A stretch of 64,000 nucleotides of DNA from an uncultured Bdellovibrionales bacterium (GCA_964416595.1 CAYQES010000006.1:44414-108413), one strand, 5' to 3'. Shown: positions 1 to 10,648, numbered from the stretch's first letter. A program made the numbers and translations. The notes: a model not told the origin generated them from the letters alone.

Positions 1-1943
1 ACGGCGCCCGCAGAGATGGCTTGATCCTTTGCCATAAGTTTGGTTTGTAGGGGAAGGGCTTGCGATATTTGCTCGTTGATCAAGGAATCGATCGTTTCTT
101 TTTCCTCTTCGCTTAAAGGTTTAAAGTGCGCGAAGTCAAAGCGCAAAAGATCGGGGGTCACGAGGGAGCCCGCTTGTTTTACGTGGGTGCCCAAAGTTTT
201 TCGTAAAGCCCAGTGCAAGAGGTGGGTTGCCGTATGGTTGGCCATGGTTTTTAAGCGAACTGCTCGGGGCGCCCGCTGCAAATATTTTTTTCCCACTTCT
301 ATGCTATGGCCGGCTTCTAGGGTTCCTCGCAGCAAGGTGAGGTGTGGTAGAGGTTTCACCGCATTTTTTAGTTTGGCTACCACTTGGTCTTTGAGTAAAA
401 GTTCGCCAGTATCGCCCACTTGGCCACCACCTTCTCCATAAAAAGGAGAAGAATCAAAAACCGCTTCAAACGAGCCCGCAGAAACCCGTTGCACTTCTTT
501 GCCGTCTTGGAAAAGGGCCAGGAGCTTACCTTCGCCCTCTAAACTTTCATAGCCCGTGAAATTCGTGGGGGGCAGGTTTAAGCTTTCATAGATTTTGGAG
601 CGATCCTCGGTTTCGCCCTCTTCCTGGGCGGCTCGGCTCTGGCTGCGTTGCTTTTCCATGGCAGTAGCGAAATTGGCTTCATCCACTTCCACGCCCTGCT
701 CCCGGCACACCACACTTGTGAGATCTAGCGGAAAACCAAAGGAGTCGTAGAGTAAGAACGCAACCGCTCCTGGTAACTTTTGCCCTTTGGGTAATTTTTT
801 TAATTCGTCCGAAAGAATCTGCAAGCCCTTTTCTAGAGTGAGAAAAAACTTTTCTTCTTCGGCGCGCACGGCTTCCCGAATGAAAGCTTCTTTTACTTTT
901 AATTCCGGATAGGCCTGGCCCATGGCTTTGGTAAGAGAGGGTACGAGTTTTTCGAGGAAGGCTTTTTCAAATCCTAGTTTCTTACCGTAGCGCACGGCTC
1001 GGCGGAGAATCCTACGTAGCACATAGCCTCTGCCTTCGTTCGAAGGCAACACGCCATCGGCGATGAGGAAGGAAATGGCCCGTAAATGATCGGCGATCAC
1101 CCGGGTGGCTACGGATTTTTCGTTTGCGCCGTCTGAGTAGGTAAAGCCCGAAAGTTTTTCGATGGCGCCGATGATTTCTTTGAATACGTCGGTGTCGTAA
1201 TTGGTGCGAGCATTTTGCAGGATGGAGGCGATGCGCTCCAAGCCCATGCCAGTATCAACGCTTGGTTTGGGGAGTGGCGACAGGCGCCCAGACGCATCCC
1301 GGTTGTATTGCATGAACACGAGATTGTAGAACTCTAGGTACCGATCCCCATCACCACCCATGCGGTCAAGCTCAGGATTGCCGGTATTGAAATCCGCGCC
1401 CCGATCGAAATAAATTTCTGTGCACGGACCACAAGGGCCCACGTCGCCTGCACTCCAAAAATTATCTTTTTCGTCGAAACGGTAGATACGTTCCTTCGGG
1501 ATACCCACCACTTTATGCCAGATGTCGTAGGCTTCGTCGTCGTCCCGAAACACGGTCACGTGCAAACGATCCTTGGGCAGCTTAAATTTTTCCGTGACCA
1601 ATTCCCACGCCCAAGTGATGGCTTCGGTTTTAAAATAATCACCGAAGGAAAAATTCCCCAGCATTTCAAAAAAGGTATGGTGCCGGGAAGTGAAGCCCAC
1701 GTTTTCTAGATCGTTGTGTTTGCCACCGGCCCGCAAACATTTTTGGGCTGTGGTTGCCCGGGTGTAGGGGCGTTTTTCAATGCCCGTGAAAACATCCTTA
1801 AATTGCACCATGCCAGCGGAGGTGAAAAGGAGGGTTGGATCATTCAAAGGAACAAGGGACGCGCTCTTTTCCCGGGTGCAGCCCTTGGACTCAAAAAAAT
1901 GTAAGAAAGTTTCACGGATTTCGGCAACGCTTAACGAATTCAT
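1..1943 (-). CDS. alaS: Alanyl-tRNA synthetase, N-terminal ~647 codons; the C-terminus lies beyond the window start
   Basis: The minus-strand frame starting at the ATG whose reverse complement occupies 1941-1943 translates MNSLSVAEIRETFLHFFESKGCTR...SLVP.NDPTLLFT.AGM.QFKD. That is a characteristic AlaS N-terminus. The ORF runs off the window edge, so it is absent from the ORF track. Confidence 0.88.
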   Translation of the reverse strand, partial: MNSLSVAEIRETFLHFFESKGCTREKSASLVPLNDPTLLFTSAGMVQFKDVFTGIEKRPYTRATTAQKCLRAGGKHNDLENVGFTSRHHTFFEMLGNFSFGDYFKTEAITWAWELVTEKFKLPKDRLHVTVFRDDDEAYDIWHKVVGIPKERIYRFDEKDNFWSAGDVGPCGPCTEIYFDRGADFNTGNPELDRMGGDGDRYLEFYNLVFMQYNRDASGRLSPLPKPSVDTGMGLERIASILQNARTNYDTDVFKEIIGAIEKLSGFTYSDGANEKSVATRVIADHLRAISFLIADGVLPSNEGRGYVLRRILRRAVRYGKKLGFEKAFLEKLVPSLTKAMGQAYPELKVKEAFIREAVRAEEEKFFLTLEKGLQILSDELKKLPKGQKLPGAVAFLLYDSFGFPLDLTSVVCREQGVEVDEANFATAMEKQRSQSRAAQEEGETEDRSKIYESLNLPPTNFTGYESLEGEGKLLALFQDGKEVQRVSAGSFEAVFDSSPFYGEGGGQVGDTGELLLKDQVVAKLKNAVKPLPHLTLLRGTLEAGHSIEVGKKYLQRAPRAVRLKTMANHTATHLLHWALRKTLGTHVKQAGSLVTPDLLRFDFAHFKPLSEEEKETIDSLINEQISQALPLQTKLMAKDQAISAGA

Positions 1944-1978
1944 ATGCAGGAATCTACCAGATTAAGAGCCCAATGCGC

Positions 1979-2008
1979 AAAAAAAAGGGCCCCGGACAGG
2001 GCCCTTTT
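1979..2008 (-). terminator. Rho-independent terminator: an A8 run, a GGGCCC / GGGCCC hairpin and a T4 run. Read on the minus strand, the hairpin is followed by T8.
   Basis: GGGCCC at 1987-1992 pairs with GGGCCC at 1999-2004. It is flanked by an A-run at 1979-1986 and a T-run at 2005-2008. It sits immediately 3' of the minus-strand gene ending at 2030. Confidence 0.6.
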
Positions 2009-2029
2009 CCTTAAGCGATTGCCGACGAT

Positions 2030-3796
2030 CTATTTTTTCGAGGCACAGAAAGGCTGGATGGCATTGGCCACATTGGCCATACCGGTGATATCCCACACAG
2101 CATCGTTGCTGTAATGCGGGTTTTTGGCCATACGGAATCCCACCATATCGTTCGGAAAGAGGGCAATCACATTGCCGCCCCAACCTTGCATTACGGGAAT
2201 TTGATAAAAACAATTATTGTTTCTATAGGGCTGGCGCCAGAAAGAGTGCATGTATTTGTACTCACCGGCGGGAGTCATCCAGGCGGTGCCAAACCCTTTT
2301 TCCTCTTGGCTGTAGAGCGACTCATTGATCAAGCCGCGGTGGAGGTATTGCGTGTTTTCGTGTCTGCCGCCTTTTTGCATGAGTGTCGTGATTTTAGCCA
2401 AATCATCCACGGTGGCAAACATGCCGTAGGCTGCGAGTGGCACGCCGGGCCCGGAGCTTTCAACGGTTTTTGCTACTACGGGGTGGTGGATACCGATGGG
2501 CCGGAACACTTGCTGCACTAGGCTTGTCCAGAGGGACGCATTGTTGCCGTCTCTTCTTTTCACAAAGGCATCCAGTGCCACGGAGAGGATGAAGCTATCT
2601 TGGTCCCGGTAGCGGGCATATTGGCCGGGGCCCCAAGGATACATTCCTTCCTGGAATAATTTATCTAGTTTATCGGCCTTGGATCCAGATTGGATCCATT
2701 CCATATCGAGTTCATTGAAGTCGTAGCCGTCTTCAATATCGTTCGGAGTGGTAGTTGTGCTGCCATGACCAATGCCCGTGGCCATATTCCATGCGTCTAC
2801 GAAACGCACTAGGTTCCAGCCATTGTGGCTCGCAGTGACTGTTACGTAATCCCTAATGAGGGCGTTCAGCACATTGTTTTTTCCGTATTTCTCGGCGGCC
2901 CAGAACATGGCCAAGGCGCCAAAAAGGGATTTTTCCATGGATTGCACACCGAGGTGCATATAGGAGCAGTAAGGAAAATCGCCGTAAGGAGTGGCGCAAT
3001 CTTTTGCGTACACTCTGTTGCCGATAATCAGGCCACTGATTAACATAAATTTTTTCTGGGCAGTGCCATCAAAACCGGCCAGAGCATCTTCCCCGTATTG
3101 TGCTTCTAGCTGGCTCCAGGGAAGCACATTGGCGCGGTTGTTTTTTTCCTGCACATAATCTTGCACCAGGGTCGGAGGCACGGCGCCGTTTTTGGGTTGA
3201 TAGCTGGCGGCCAGAGCGCCCCAAGCCACAAAATCTTGAGGAATCAAAAAGGTAAGACCCCCTTGTACGATTTGAAAGCGCACGGAGCTTACTCTGTTGC
3301 TGTTAAAAAGGAAGGTGGCAATCCCGTTATGGCTATCGCCATCTAATGAGTTCACAAGAGCAAACGGAAAGGAGGCGCGGGACCAGCCTCGATCCGAAGC
3401 TTCGGACCAAACTCTTCCGGGTGACACAATGATCTCCCAATAACTGCTTTGGGGTTCGGGTCGAATGATATCTCGCACTACGGGAACAAGCTCATTGCCA
3501 TGAGTGAAAAACTCCAAGTTTACTCGGGGGAAAAGTTGTGGATTTTTACCAACCACAGGATCTTTAGAAATTCTTCTGGGATTGGAATTCATGGACCCTT
3601 GTGTAAGGCTTAAGGTGCCGTAGAAGTTATGTAGAGCGGTAGAAGAGTTTTCATCTTCCATATAAGACTTATTTTTTACGGGAGCTGTTCCTTCCACGCC
3701 ATTCATCAATTGCTGGTAAGTGATTTCCGTGCGGGCTAAGGCAGGAGCACTATAGTAGAGAGATAAAAGGCAGGCTAAAAAAATAGCTGGTTTCAT
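2030..3796 (-). CDS. Secreted serine hydrolase of the beta-lactamase / penicillin-binding-protein-like family (588 aa)
   Basis: The N-terminus MKPAIFLACLLSLYYSAPALA is a signal peptide. An S-x-x-K motif (GVQSMEKSLFGALAM) is typical of the beta-lactamase / transpeptidase fold. Confidence 0.65.
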   Translation of the reverse strand: MKPAIFLACLLSLYYSAPALARTEITYQQLMNGVEGTAPVKNKSYMEDENSSTALHNFYGTLSLTQGSMNSNPRRISKDPVVGKNPQLFPRVNLEFFTHGNELVPVVRDIIRPEPQSSYWEIIVSPGRVWSEASDRGWSRASFPFALVNSLDGDSHNGIATFLFNSNRVSSVRFQIVQGGLTFLIPQDFVAWGALAASYQPKNGAVPPTLVQDYVQEKNNRANVLPWSQLEAQYGEDALAGFDGTAQKKFMLISGLIIGNRVYAKDCATPYGDFPYCSYMHLGVQSMEKSLFGALAMFWAAEKYGKNNVLNALIRDYVTVTASHNGWNLVRFVDAWNMATGIGHGSTTTTPNDIEDGYDFNELDMEWIQSGSKADKLDKLFQEGMYPWGPGQYARYRDQDSFILSVALDAFVKRRDGNNASLWTSLVQQVFRPIGIHHPVVAKTVESSGPGVPLAAYGMFATVDDLAKITTLMQKGGRHENTQYLHRGLINESLYSQEEKGFGTAWMTPAGEYKYMHSFWRQPYRNNNCFYQIPVMQGWGGNVIALFPNDMVGFRMAKNPHYSNDAVWDITGMANVANAIQPFCASKK

Positions 3797-3847
3797 GTAG
3801 GGCTTCCTCGAAATTTTTTGTTTAGGGCTAATGGTATCGGTTGAATA

Positions 3848-3880
3848 TTTTTTTAAAAAGAAAAAAGCGTTGTAACGCTT
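3848..3880 (-). terminator. Candidate intrinsic terminator for the 3927-5945 gene
   Basis: The inverted repeat AAGCGTT-gt-AACGCTT sits at 3865-3880. On the minus strand it is followed by a T-rich run (reverse complement of 3845-3864). Confidence 0.4.
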
Positions 3881-3926
3881 CGCGCGTTTCTTGCAAAAAG
3901 TTATGATTCAATGCGCCCAAGTGGAA

Positions 3927-5945
3927 TTAAGGCACAAGTCCCCAGAGGGAGGCTAGCTCTTTTTCGCCAGTGGCCATGGCCAGGGCACGCACTAGTTGTT
4001 GTGTGTATGGACCAATAAAATCTGTTTGTTGAAAAGCGCCAAGGGTGGCACTTGTTTCGGAAGAGCTGATTAGTTGGCCCTGCCCCGGCCTTAGGCGAAA
4101 GTCGTAGGATTCCGGCGCTACAAATTTTGGTTCCGTGCGCACAAGTTCAGGCACCGTGAGCGCGCGCCCTTGGGCTTGGATTTTGGAGCGCCAGGTGACA
4201 TTGCGCCCAATATTGGCAACGGGCATGGTGCTGGAAACGAGTATTGCATAGGGGCATTCGTAAAATATATTTTCATCCAGGCGCAGACGTGTGCCAGCGC
4301 CAGAAACTTTTACACCGGCGCTCGTGCGGATAAAAGAATTGTGGCTCACGCGCACATTTCCACTGAGAGAAGAAACACTAATCGCTTCTTTGTTTTCGAA
4401 AAATAAATTTCGTTTAGCTTCTAGATGGCAAGCGCGGTCCACGGAAACGGCTGTGGGCCAATCCCCCACAAAAGCATTATTTTCTAATACGATATCCGAT
4501 TTATCGCAGGAAAAACCCCGGGAGATACCGCGGGCAAAGGCATTGCCTTGGATTTTAACAGCGGAAGATTCGTGGGCCCAAACTCCTACACCGCCCTTGG
4601 CTTCGATCACATTGCCCAAGAGAGTAATGTTTTGGGTTTTGCTTAAGATGATGGTGGGTGCTTTTAGTTTTTGCAAAGTGGCAGGCACTAGCCGAAAACC
4701 CGATACCATGGAGTTGCGGATACCCTGAAATAAAAGCAAGGGTTTCTCTGGATCCGTGCCAATGAGCACGGTGCGGTCTGGCCCGGAGCCTGAAAGAGAA
4801 ATATTGGCTGGTAAAATGATCGGCTTAGATTCTCGATAAATGCCCGGCATTACTTTAATCACTACTTTAGTGCTCTCTTTTGGCGCCACGGCCTTATCTT
4901 TGGCGGGGGTGTAACGGGCCGGATCCGCTTTGGGAGCCACGCCCTTTTTGATTGCGTCCAAAGCTAGGGTAATGGACTGAAAGGCGTTAGGGTTTTTAGG
5001 ATCCACTAATACGCCCCGACCCAAGATCACGCCAATCTGAATCGGATCTAAAGGAGTGGTGCGCTGGGCTTTTTGCGCAAGTTTTTGCAAAGTGGAAGCC
5101 AGCACTCCGCGGCCTTTGGGCAAGAGCATGCCCATGAGTTCCCCTTGGGTGTTGATGATCGCCGTGCCCGCTTGGGTTTCGCTTAGATCTGTGCTGGAAA
5201 GGGAGAGCAGGCCCGTTTCCGAATTGGCTGCGGCTACCTGCCCCCGTTGGATCTGGGGCTCGATTTTGCCATCGGGGCCATCGGCAAAAGAAAAAGTAAA
5301 CACATCTACTTGTGGACGTTCATCCTGCATGGGCACATAGGGTAGGGGCGCGGGGTTTGCTTCCGGAGCCAAGAGCACGAGATTCTTTTCTTCGTCGATC
5401 AACGCAATTTTAGCGCTATAGGTGTTGCCAGTGTGGTGGGTGATTTCAATGCGATCGGCCCATTGCTGTTCGTTGCCCAACACGAGAGAAAGCGCCGTGG
5501 CGATGTAGGGAGCATTGCGACCCACGCCCACTCCCATAGCCCGGGCCAATTCATTGCCTGCGAGATCCCGCGCAATCACTCGCACCACGGAATGCTTGTA
5601 ACGATCCAAAAACATTTTAGTGATGTTCACTTCTTTTCGAGAGTTGCGGTATTGGCCAAGGGAGGGATTGGTTAGATCCGTGTTCGTGGGCGCAGGAATG
5701 GTATCGGGCGTGGGTAGTTGGCCAATATTCGTGGGGGCTTGAGTGCCGGAAGCTGGGGGAGCGTTGGTGGGATTAGTAAGCCGTTGTTGCACAGCGGGGC
5801 TTGATAGGGCAGAGCTCGGCACATAGGTGCCAGCGCCTTGGTTCACGGGCGGATCTGCGGCGATGGCAGTTTGGATTGCAAAAAGGCTAAGGCTTAAGGC
5901 CCACACTGGTATGGAAAAAAGAAAAGCCCATCGGAAATTTCCCAT
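3927..5945 (-). CDS. Secreted multidomain protein: signal peptide, Pro/Thr-rich linker, trypsin-like (S1C/HtrA-like fold) domain and a C-terminal right-handed parallel beta-helix repeat domain
   Basis: The N-terminal signal peptide is MGNFRWAFLFSIPVWALSLSLFAIQTAIA. A low-complexity P/T-rich stretch follows. The trypsin-2-like segment is VVRVIARDLAGNELARAMGVGVG...GTAIINTQGELMGML. The PbH1-like repeats include GNVIEAKGGVGVWAHESSAVKIQGNAFA and NNAFVGDWPTAVSVD. Confidence 0.55.
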   Translation of the reverse strand: MGNFRWAFLFSIPVWALSLSLFAIQTAIAADPPVNQGAGTYVPSSALSSPAVQQRLTNPTNAPPASGTQAPTNIGQLPTPDTIPAPTNTDLTNPSLGQYRNSRKEVNITKMFLDRYKHSVVRVIARDLAGNELARAMGVGVGRNAPYIATALSLVLGNEQQWADRIEITHHTGNTYSAKIALIDEEKNLVLLAPEANPAPLPYVPMQDERPQVDVFTFSFADGPDGKIEPQIQRGQVAAANSETGLLSLSSTDLSETQAGTAIINTQGELMGMLLPKGRGVLASTLQKLAQKAQRTTPLDPIQIGVILGRGVLVDPKNPNAFQSITLALDAIKKGVAPKADPARYTPAKDKAVAPKESTKVVIKVMPGIYRESKPIILPANISLSGSGPDRTVLIGTDPEKPLLLFQGIRNSMVSGFRLVPATLQKLKAPTIILSKTQNITLLGNVIEAKGGVGVWAHESSAVKIQGNAFARGISRGFSCDKSDIVLENNAFVGDWPTAVSVDRACHLEAKRNLFFENKEAISVSSLSGNVRVSHNSFIRTSAGVKVSGAGTRLRLDENIFYECPYAILVSSTMPVANIGRNVTWRSKIQAQGRALTVPELVRTEPKFVAPESYDFRLRPGQGQLISSSETSATLGAFQQTDFIGPYTQQLVRALAMATGEKELASLWGLVP

Positions 5946-5986
5946 GGGCTAATGGTAACAAAGATTGGGGGTTTTCACCCCCTTTC

Positions 5987-7141
<1,155 letters not shown>

Positions 7142-7200
7142 TTCTTACTCCTTCTAATTTATCCGATATTTATATTTGTCGGCTCGTTCTTATACGTTGA

Positions 7201-7218
7201 TGTACCCATTATGTACCC
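7201..7218. promoter_or_regulatory. Direct repeat TGTACCC-N4-TGTACCC (GTAC-N7-GTAC) 60-75 nt upstream of the recA start; a candidate SOS/LexA-type operator
   Basis: The repeat GTACccattatGTAC at 7202-7216 was read directly. Its architecture resembles direct-repeat LexA boxes such as GTTC-N7-GTTC. Confidence 0.3.
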
Positions 7219-7289
7219 CTTCCTGGGATAATGCTACATTTTTCGTACAGTCACTTTACCGTAAAACACGTTTGCGTGAAAACGGAAAA

Positions 7290-8576
7290 CTAAGCACGCA
7301 GCGCGTCTTTCAAAAGGCTAAGAGCAAGATGCGTGGCAATCACGCGATTCTGATCTCGGCTACCTTTCCCACTTAAAATCACCTGGTGGAGGATTTTCGA
7401 ACCCGCCTTGTTCGAAAGCGCTACATAAATAGTGCCCACGGGTTTTTGGGCGCTGCCCCCACCGGGGCCAGAAATGCCTGACAAAGCTAGCGCGTAATCA
7501 GCGCCGGTTTGTTGTCGTAAAGATTCAGCCATTTGTCGCACAGTGGCTTCGGAAACGGCGCCTTCCGTTTGCAGTATGGTTTTGGGCACAGCCAAAAATT
7601 TTTCCTTCCAAGCATTATGATAAGTCACAAGGCTGCCCAAAAAATATTCCGAAGAGCCGGGAAGATCCGTGAACATCTTGGCCAAGAGACCGCCTGTACA
7701 ACTTTCGGCTAAAGCTAGGGTAGATTTTTTTTCTTTGAGTAGTCCCGCCACCACTTGCACCAAATCTTCCCGTTGGTGTGTGAATGCAATATCTCCTAGA
7801 GCAGCGTCTATTTTTTGGCTGACAGTTTTTATTTCCTCTTGGCTAGGGGATTTTTGCCCCGGGATCTTCCAGCTTTCTAAAGTGAGATCGATGCAAGGGA
7901 AGGTGATATGCACACCAAAATAAAAAGTTTGCGGATATTTTTTTTCAAGCGGCTCAATAAGGCTCGCGACCCGTTGGTACACTTCGCTCTCACCCCGGCC
8001 AAAGGTGCGCCAGAATTTTCGTTCTTGTAATTTTTTACGAGCCATTTTTTTGGCGAGGCCTGGTAAAATTTCTTCGGCGAAGATCGGCCGGCATTCATTG
8101 GGCGGGCCAGGCAGAAAATAAAAAAGAGATTTCCCTTTTTTTACGGCAAGCCCGGGAGCTGTGCCCGTGGGATTGGATAAAATTTTACTGCCCTTTAGCA
8201 CAAGCGCGAGGCGCTGGCGCTGCTCTGTAAGAGGCAAACCGCGGGCAAGGTAGCGGGAGCGCACATGTTCGAGGGAGGCTTTTGTGAATTGGAGCGGGAG
8301 TTTTAAGGCTTTAGCGGCGCTCGCCAGAGTGCGATCATCATTGGTGGGCCCGAGGCCCCCCGTAACAATCGTGACCGGAAAAGCGGCGGCCGCTTTTAGG
8401 GCGCCCCCAATATCTTCCGTGCGATCAGAAACGCAGCGCACCTCGCTTACACTCAAGCCATGTTCTCTTAATTTTTCTGCGAACCAAGTGGCGTTGGTGT
8501 TGGGAGTTCGGCCATCCAGCAATTCATCACCGATGGATAGGAGAAAAATGCCGAGGTTAGAGGGAGTTTTTTTCAT
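7290..8576 (-). CDS. cinA: Competence/damage-inducible protein CinA (MoCF-biosynthesis-like N-domain plus CinA C-terminal nicotinamide-nucleotide amidase domain)
   Basis: The product is 428 aa. The N-terminus MKKTPSNLGIFLLSIGDELLDGRTPNTNATWFAEKL is typical of CinA. The gene lies immediately upstream of recA, as in the classic cinA-recA operon. Confidence 0.85.
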   Translation of the reverse strand: MKKTPSNLGIFLLSIGDELLDGRTPNTNATWFAEKLREHGLSVSEVRCVSDRTEDIGGALKAAAAFPVTIVTGGLGPTNDDRTLASAAKALKLPLQFTKASLEHVRSRYLARGLPLTEQRQRLALVLKGSKILSNPTGTAPGLAVKKGKSLFYFLPGPPNECRPIFAEEILPGLAKKMARKKLQERKFWRTFGRGESEVYQRVASLIEPLEKKYPQTFYFGVHITFPCIDLTLESWKIPGQKSPSQEEIKTVSQKIDAALGDIAFTHQREDLVQVVAGLLKEKKSTLALAESCTGGLLAKMFTDLPGSSEYFLGSLVTYHNAWKEKFLAVPKTILQTEGAVSEATVRQMAESLRQQTGADYALALSGISGPGGGSAQKPVGTIYVALSNKAGSKILHQVILSGKGSRDQNRVIATHLALSLLKDALRA

Positions 8577-8577
8577 C

Positions 8578-9075
8578 TTACGCTAGGGAAAAACCAAAGA
8601 AGGAGTTGGCGAGCTGCAAGGTTACGTAGAGCAGGAGGGTGGCAAAAATGGCGGCGGCCATATCATCTAACATGGCACCTAAGCCCCCCTTCACTTTGGC
8701 ATCGATCCAACGGATGGGACCGGGTTTAAAAATGTCGAAGAAACGAAAAAACACAAAAGCTAGTGCATAGTGCCACCACAAATGTTGGGTAATGCTCGTG
8801 GTGAAAAGAATGCCCGCCACTTCATCGATAACTATGGTTTGATGATCCTCTGTGCCTGTTTTTTGGATTACTTTTTTTGCGGCCCAAACGCCCAAGAGAA
8901 AAATTATGATCGCGGTGCCCCAAGCAAATTCAGCAGGAAGTTTCCACATCCACCACGCTAGCGGTAGGGCTGCAAGGGAGCCAAAAGTGCCAGGAGCTTT
9001 GGGCAGTTTTCCAACGTAGAAAAAAGTGGCGATGCATTGGGCAATGGAAAAGTTCATGGCTCGAGATTCCAGCAT
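8578..9075 (-). CDS. pgpA: Phosphatidylglycerophosphatase A
   Basis: The PgpA signature segments are GSLAALPLAW..., IDEVAGI... and FDIFKPGPIRWIDAKVKGGLGAMLDDMAAAI. The stop lies 2 nt before the cinA start. The start may instead be the internal Met at 9057. Confidence 0.8.
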   Translation of the reverse strand: MLESRAMNFSIAQCIATFFYVGKLPKAPGTFGSLAALPLAWWMWKLPAEFAWGTAIIIFLLGVWAAKKVIQKTGTEDHQTIVIDEVAGILFTTSITQHLWWHYALAFVFFRFFDIFKPGPIRWIDAKVKGGLGAMLDDMAAAIFATLLLYVTLQLANSFFGFSLA

Positions 9076-9170
9076 AAAACCGCGCCGGATGCGAGCGGAT
9101 AAATCTACATAAAATGCACCTTTACGTCCCCTTGATCATCCATTAGGGTGAAGGGCAGAGGGGTAATGGT

Positions 9171-10430
9171 TTGGATTCACAGCAGCACGAAATATTAGAA
9201 TTCGTGGATTCCCTGCGCTTGGGGCGCGAGGTCATGAACCTCATGCTAAAAGGCCGCAGCGTGATCGATTCCCACCACGGTTTGCCTTTGCACACAGTGG
9301 AAGCGGCCGATGAGTTTTTGTTGCGCTATGGTTTTAATTTAGAAAATCCCGTGGAGCGGGCTGAAGTGTTGGGCAACTACCAAGAGGCGTTACGATTCAT
9401 TCGTAAATATTTTCTAAAACCCGAAAATCCTGATGGCGCCGATCTTGAGATTCCTAAAAATTTTCAGGAACTAGTGGATGTTCGTCTGCTCTTTATTTGG
9501 GCCGCCGATAAAGCTTTGGGCCAAGCTGTGCGGGCCCGCTGGGCGTGTGCCGTGCTGCGGGTGATGCATGCCATTTCCCACTTAGATAAAGATTTGCGCC
9601 ACGATTTTTTCCCGGACATCCAAAAACAAATCTTCGATCGTTTTTATAAAGAAATTCATTCAGAGAATGAGGGCTTGTATTTGGGCGATCCGAAATCTGC
9701 CGCTTCTGTGCCCCTGGAAAAATTTCTCACCAAGCCCCGCAAAACCCGGGATTCCGTGATTTTGAAATTGCTCCATAAAAAAGAAACCCTGGCCGAAGAT
9801 GTGTTCGATCAGATCGGCGTGCGTTTTGTGACCAAAAACCGCGTGGATGTTGTGAAGGTGCTAAAATATTTACGGGATCGTTACATTGTTATGTCGATGA
9901 ATTTACGCCCCTCCCGCTCCCGCAATAATTTGGTGGATCCGCTTCTCTACCGCCGTACTTGGCGGGAAATCCGGCAAGCGGTGCAAAAGGGCGAAGTAAT
10001 GGACCGCGCGCGCGTGATCAGTGCTTTAGAGAAGGCTGTGGGTAGGGGTTACTCGGAATCGCAAAAAGAAATTGGCGAACACAATCCTTTTTCCAGCCGG
10101 GAATTTCTCTCGATCCAATTTACTTGCCGACAATTAATCAAATACCGCAGCCCTGCCTACGAAGAATTAAAAGCGTTGCGGGCCCATTTAAAAAATACGG
10201 GTGACGAAGAGACGAAGAAAATATTAGAGCGCCTGGATTTCGGACAGCTCGCCAAAGAGCAGCGCTTCTTTTATCCCTTCGAGGTGCAAATCTTGGATCG
10301 GGAAAATTTCGAAGAGGCTGAGAGCGGCCGTGCCTCCCATGCTTCTTATAAAGCCGCGCAGACGCGTATGGCGATGAAGCGGGTGCTTGGGCAATTGCTG
10401 CTGGATTATAGCGAAGAAGCGAAGGGGTAG
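9171..10430 (+). CDS. Hypothetical 419-aa protein with a central RelA/SpoT-like (alarmone-synthetase-type nucleotidyltransferase) domain
   Basis: RKTRDSVILKLLHK resembles the R-x-K-x3-S-x3-K ATP-binding motif. DQIGVRFVTKNRVDVVKVLKYLRDRYIV follows, resembling the D-x-x-G-x-R plus beta-strand motif of the RelA_SpoT synthetase domain. The flanking about 180-aa N-terminal and about 150-aa C-terminal regions are unassigned. Confidence 0.45.
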   Translation: MDSQQHEILEFVDSLRLGREVMNLMLKGRSVIDSHHGLPLHTVEAADEFLLRYGFNLENPVERAEVLGNYQEALRFIRKYFLKPENPDGADLEIPKNFQELVDVRLLFIWAADKALGQAVRARWACAVLRVMHAISHLDKDLRHDFFPDIQKQIFDRFYKEIHSENEGLYLGDPKSAASVPLEKFLTKPRKTRDSVILKLLHKKETLAEDVFDQIGVRFVTKNRVDVVKVLKYLRDRYIVMSMNLRPSRSRNNLVDPLLYRRTWREIRQAVQKGEVMDRARVISALEKAVGRGYSESQKEIGEHNPFSSREFLSIQFTCRQLIKYRSPAYEELKALRAHLKNTGDEETKKILERLDFGQLAKEQRFFYPFEVQILDRENFEEAESGRASHASYKAAQTRMAMKRVLGQLLLDYSEEAKG

Positions 10431-10648
10431 GGCCGCCGCGGGGTGGCGCCGAAGAATTGTAAGACGAAGATCAACCCCTAACACTCCCACCTGCCTCCGC
10501 ATAAAACTCCATTACTTTGCACGCGCTAAGTAAATAAATTGTACCACTGCCTGGGGCGCGCAAGGTGAGCATGTCACTCAAGAACCCGCAGCCCGGCGCA
10601 AAAAATTCTCTTCCTACTAAAACACGGCTTTCCTGCTAGAATCCTTCC

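Noticed and set aside
40-1904. Plus-strand ORFs (40-441, 1515-1709, 1716-1904, 1780-1965) inside the alaS region
   Set aside because: These are shadow ORFs antisense to a well-supported alaS reading frame. No motifs or RBS were found.
7225-7240. TTTACCGTAAA near-palindrome in the recA upstream region, a possible TTAC-N3-GTAA LexA box
   Set aside because: The spacer is 1 nt, not 3, so it does not fit that consensus. The GTAC-N7-GTAC direct repeat was kept instead as a low-confidence candidate.
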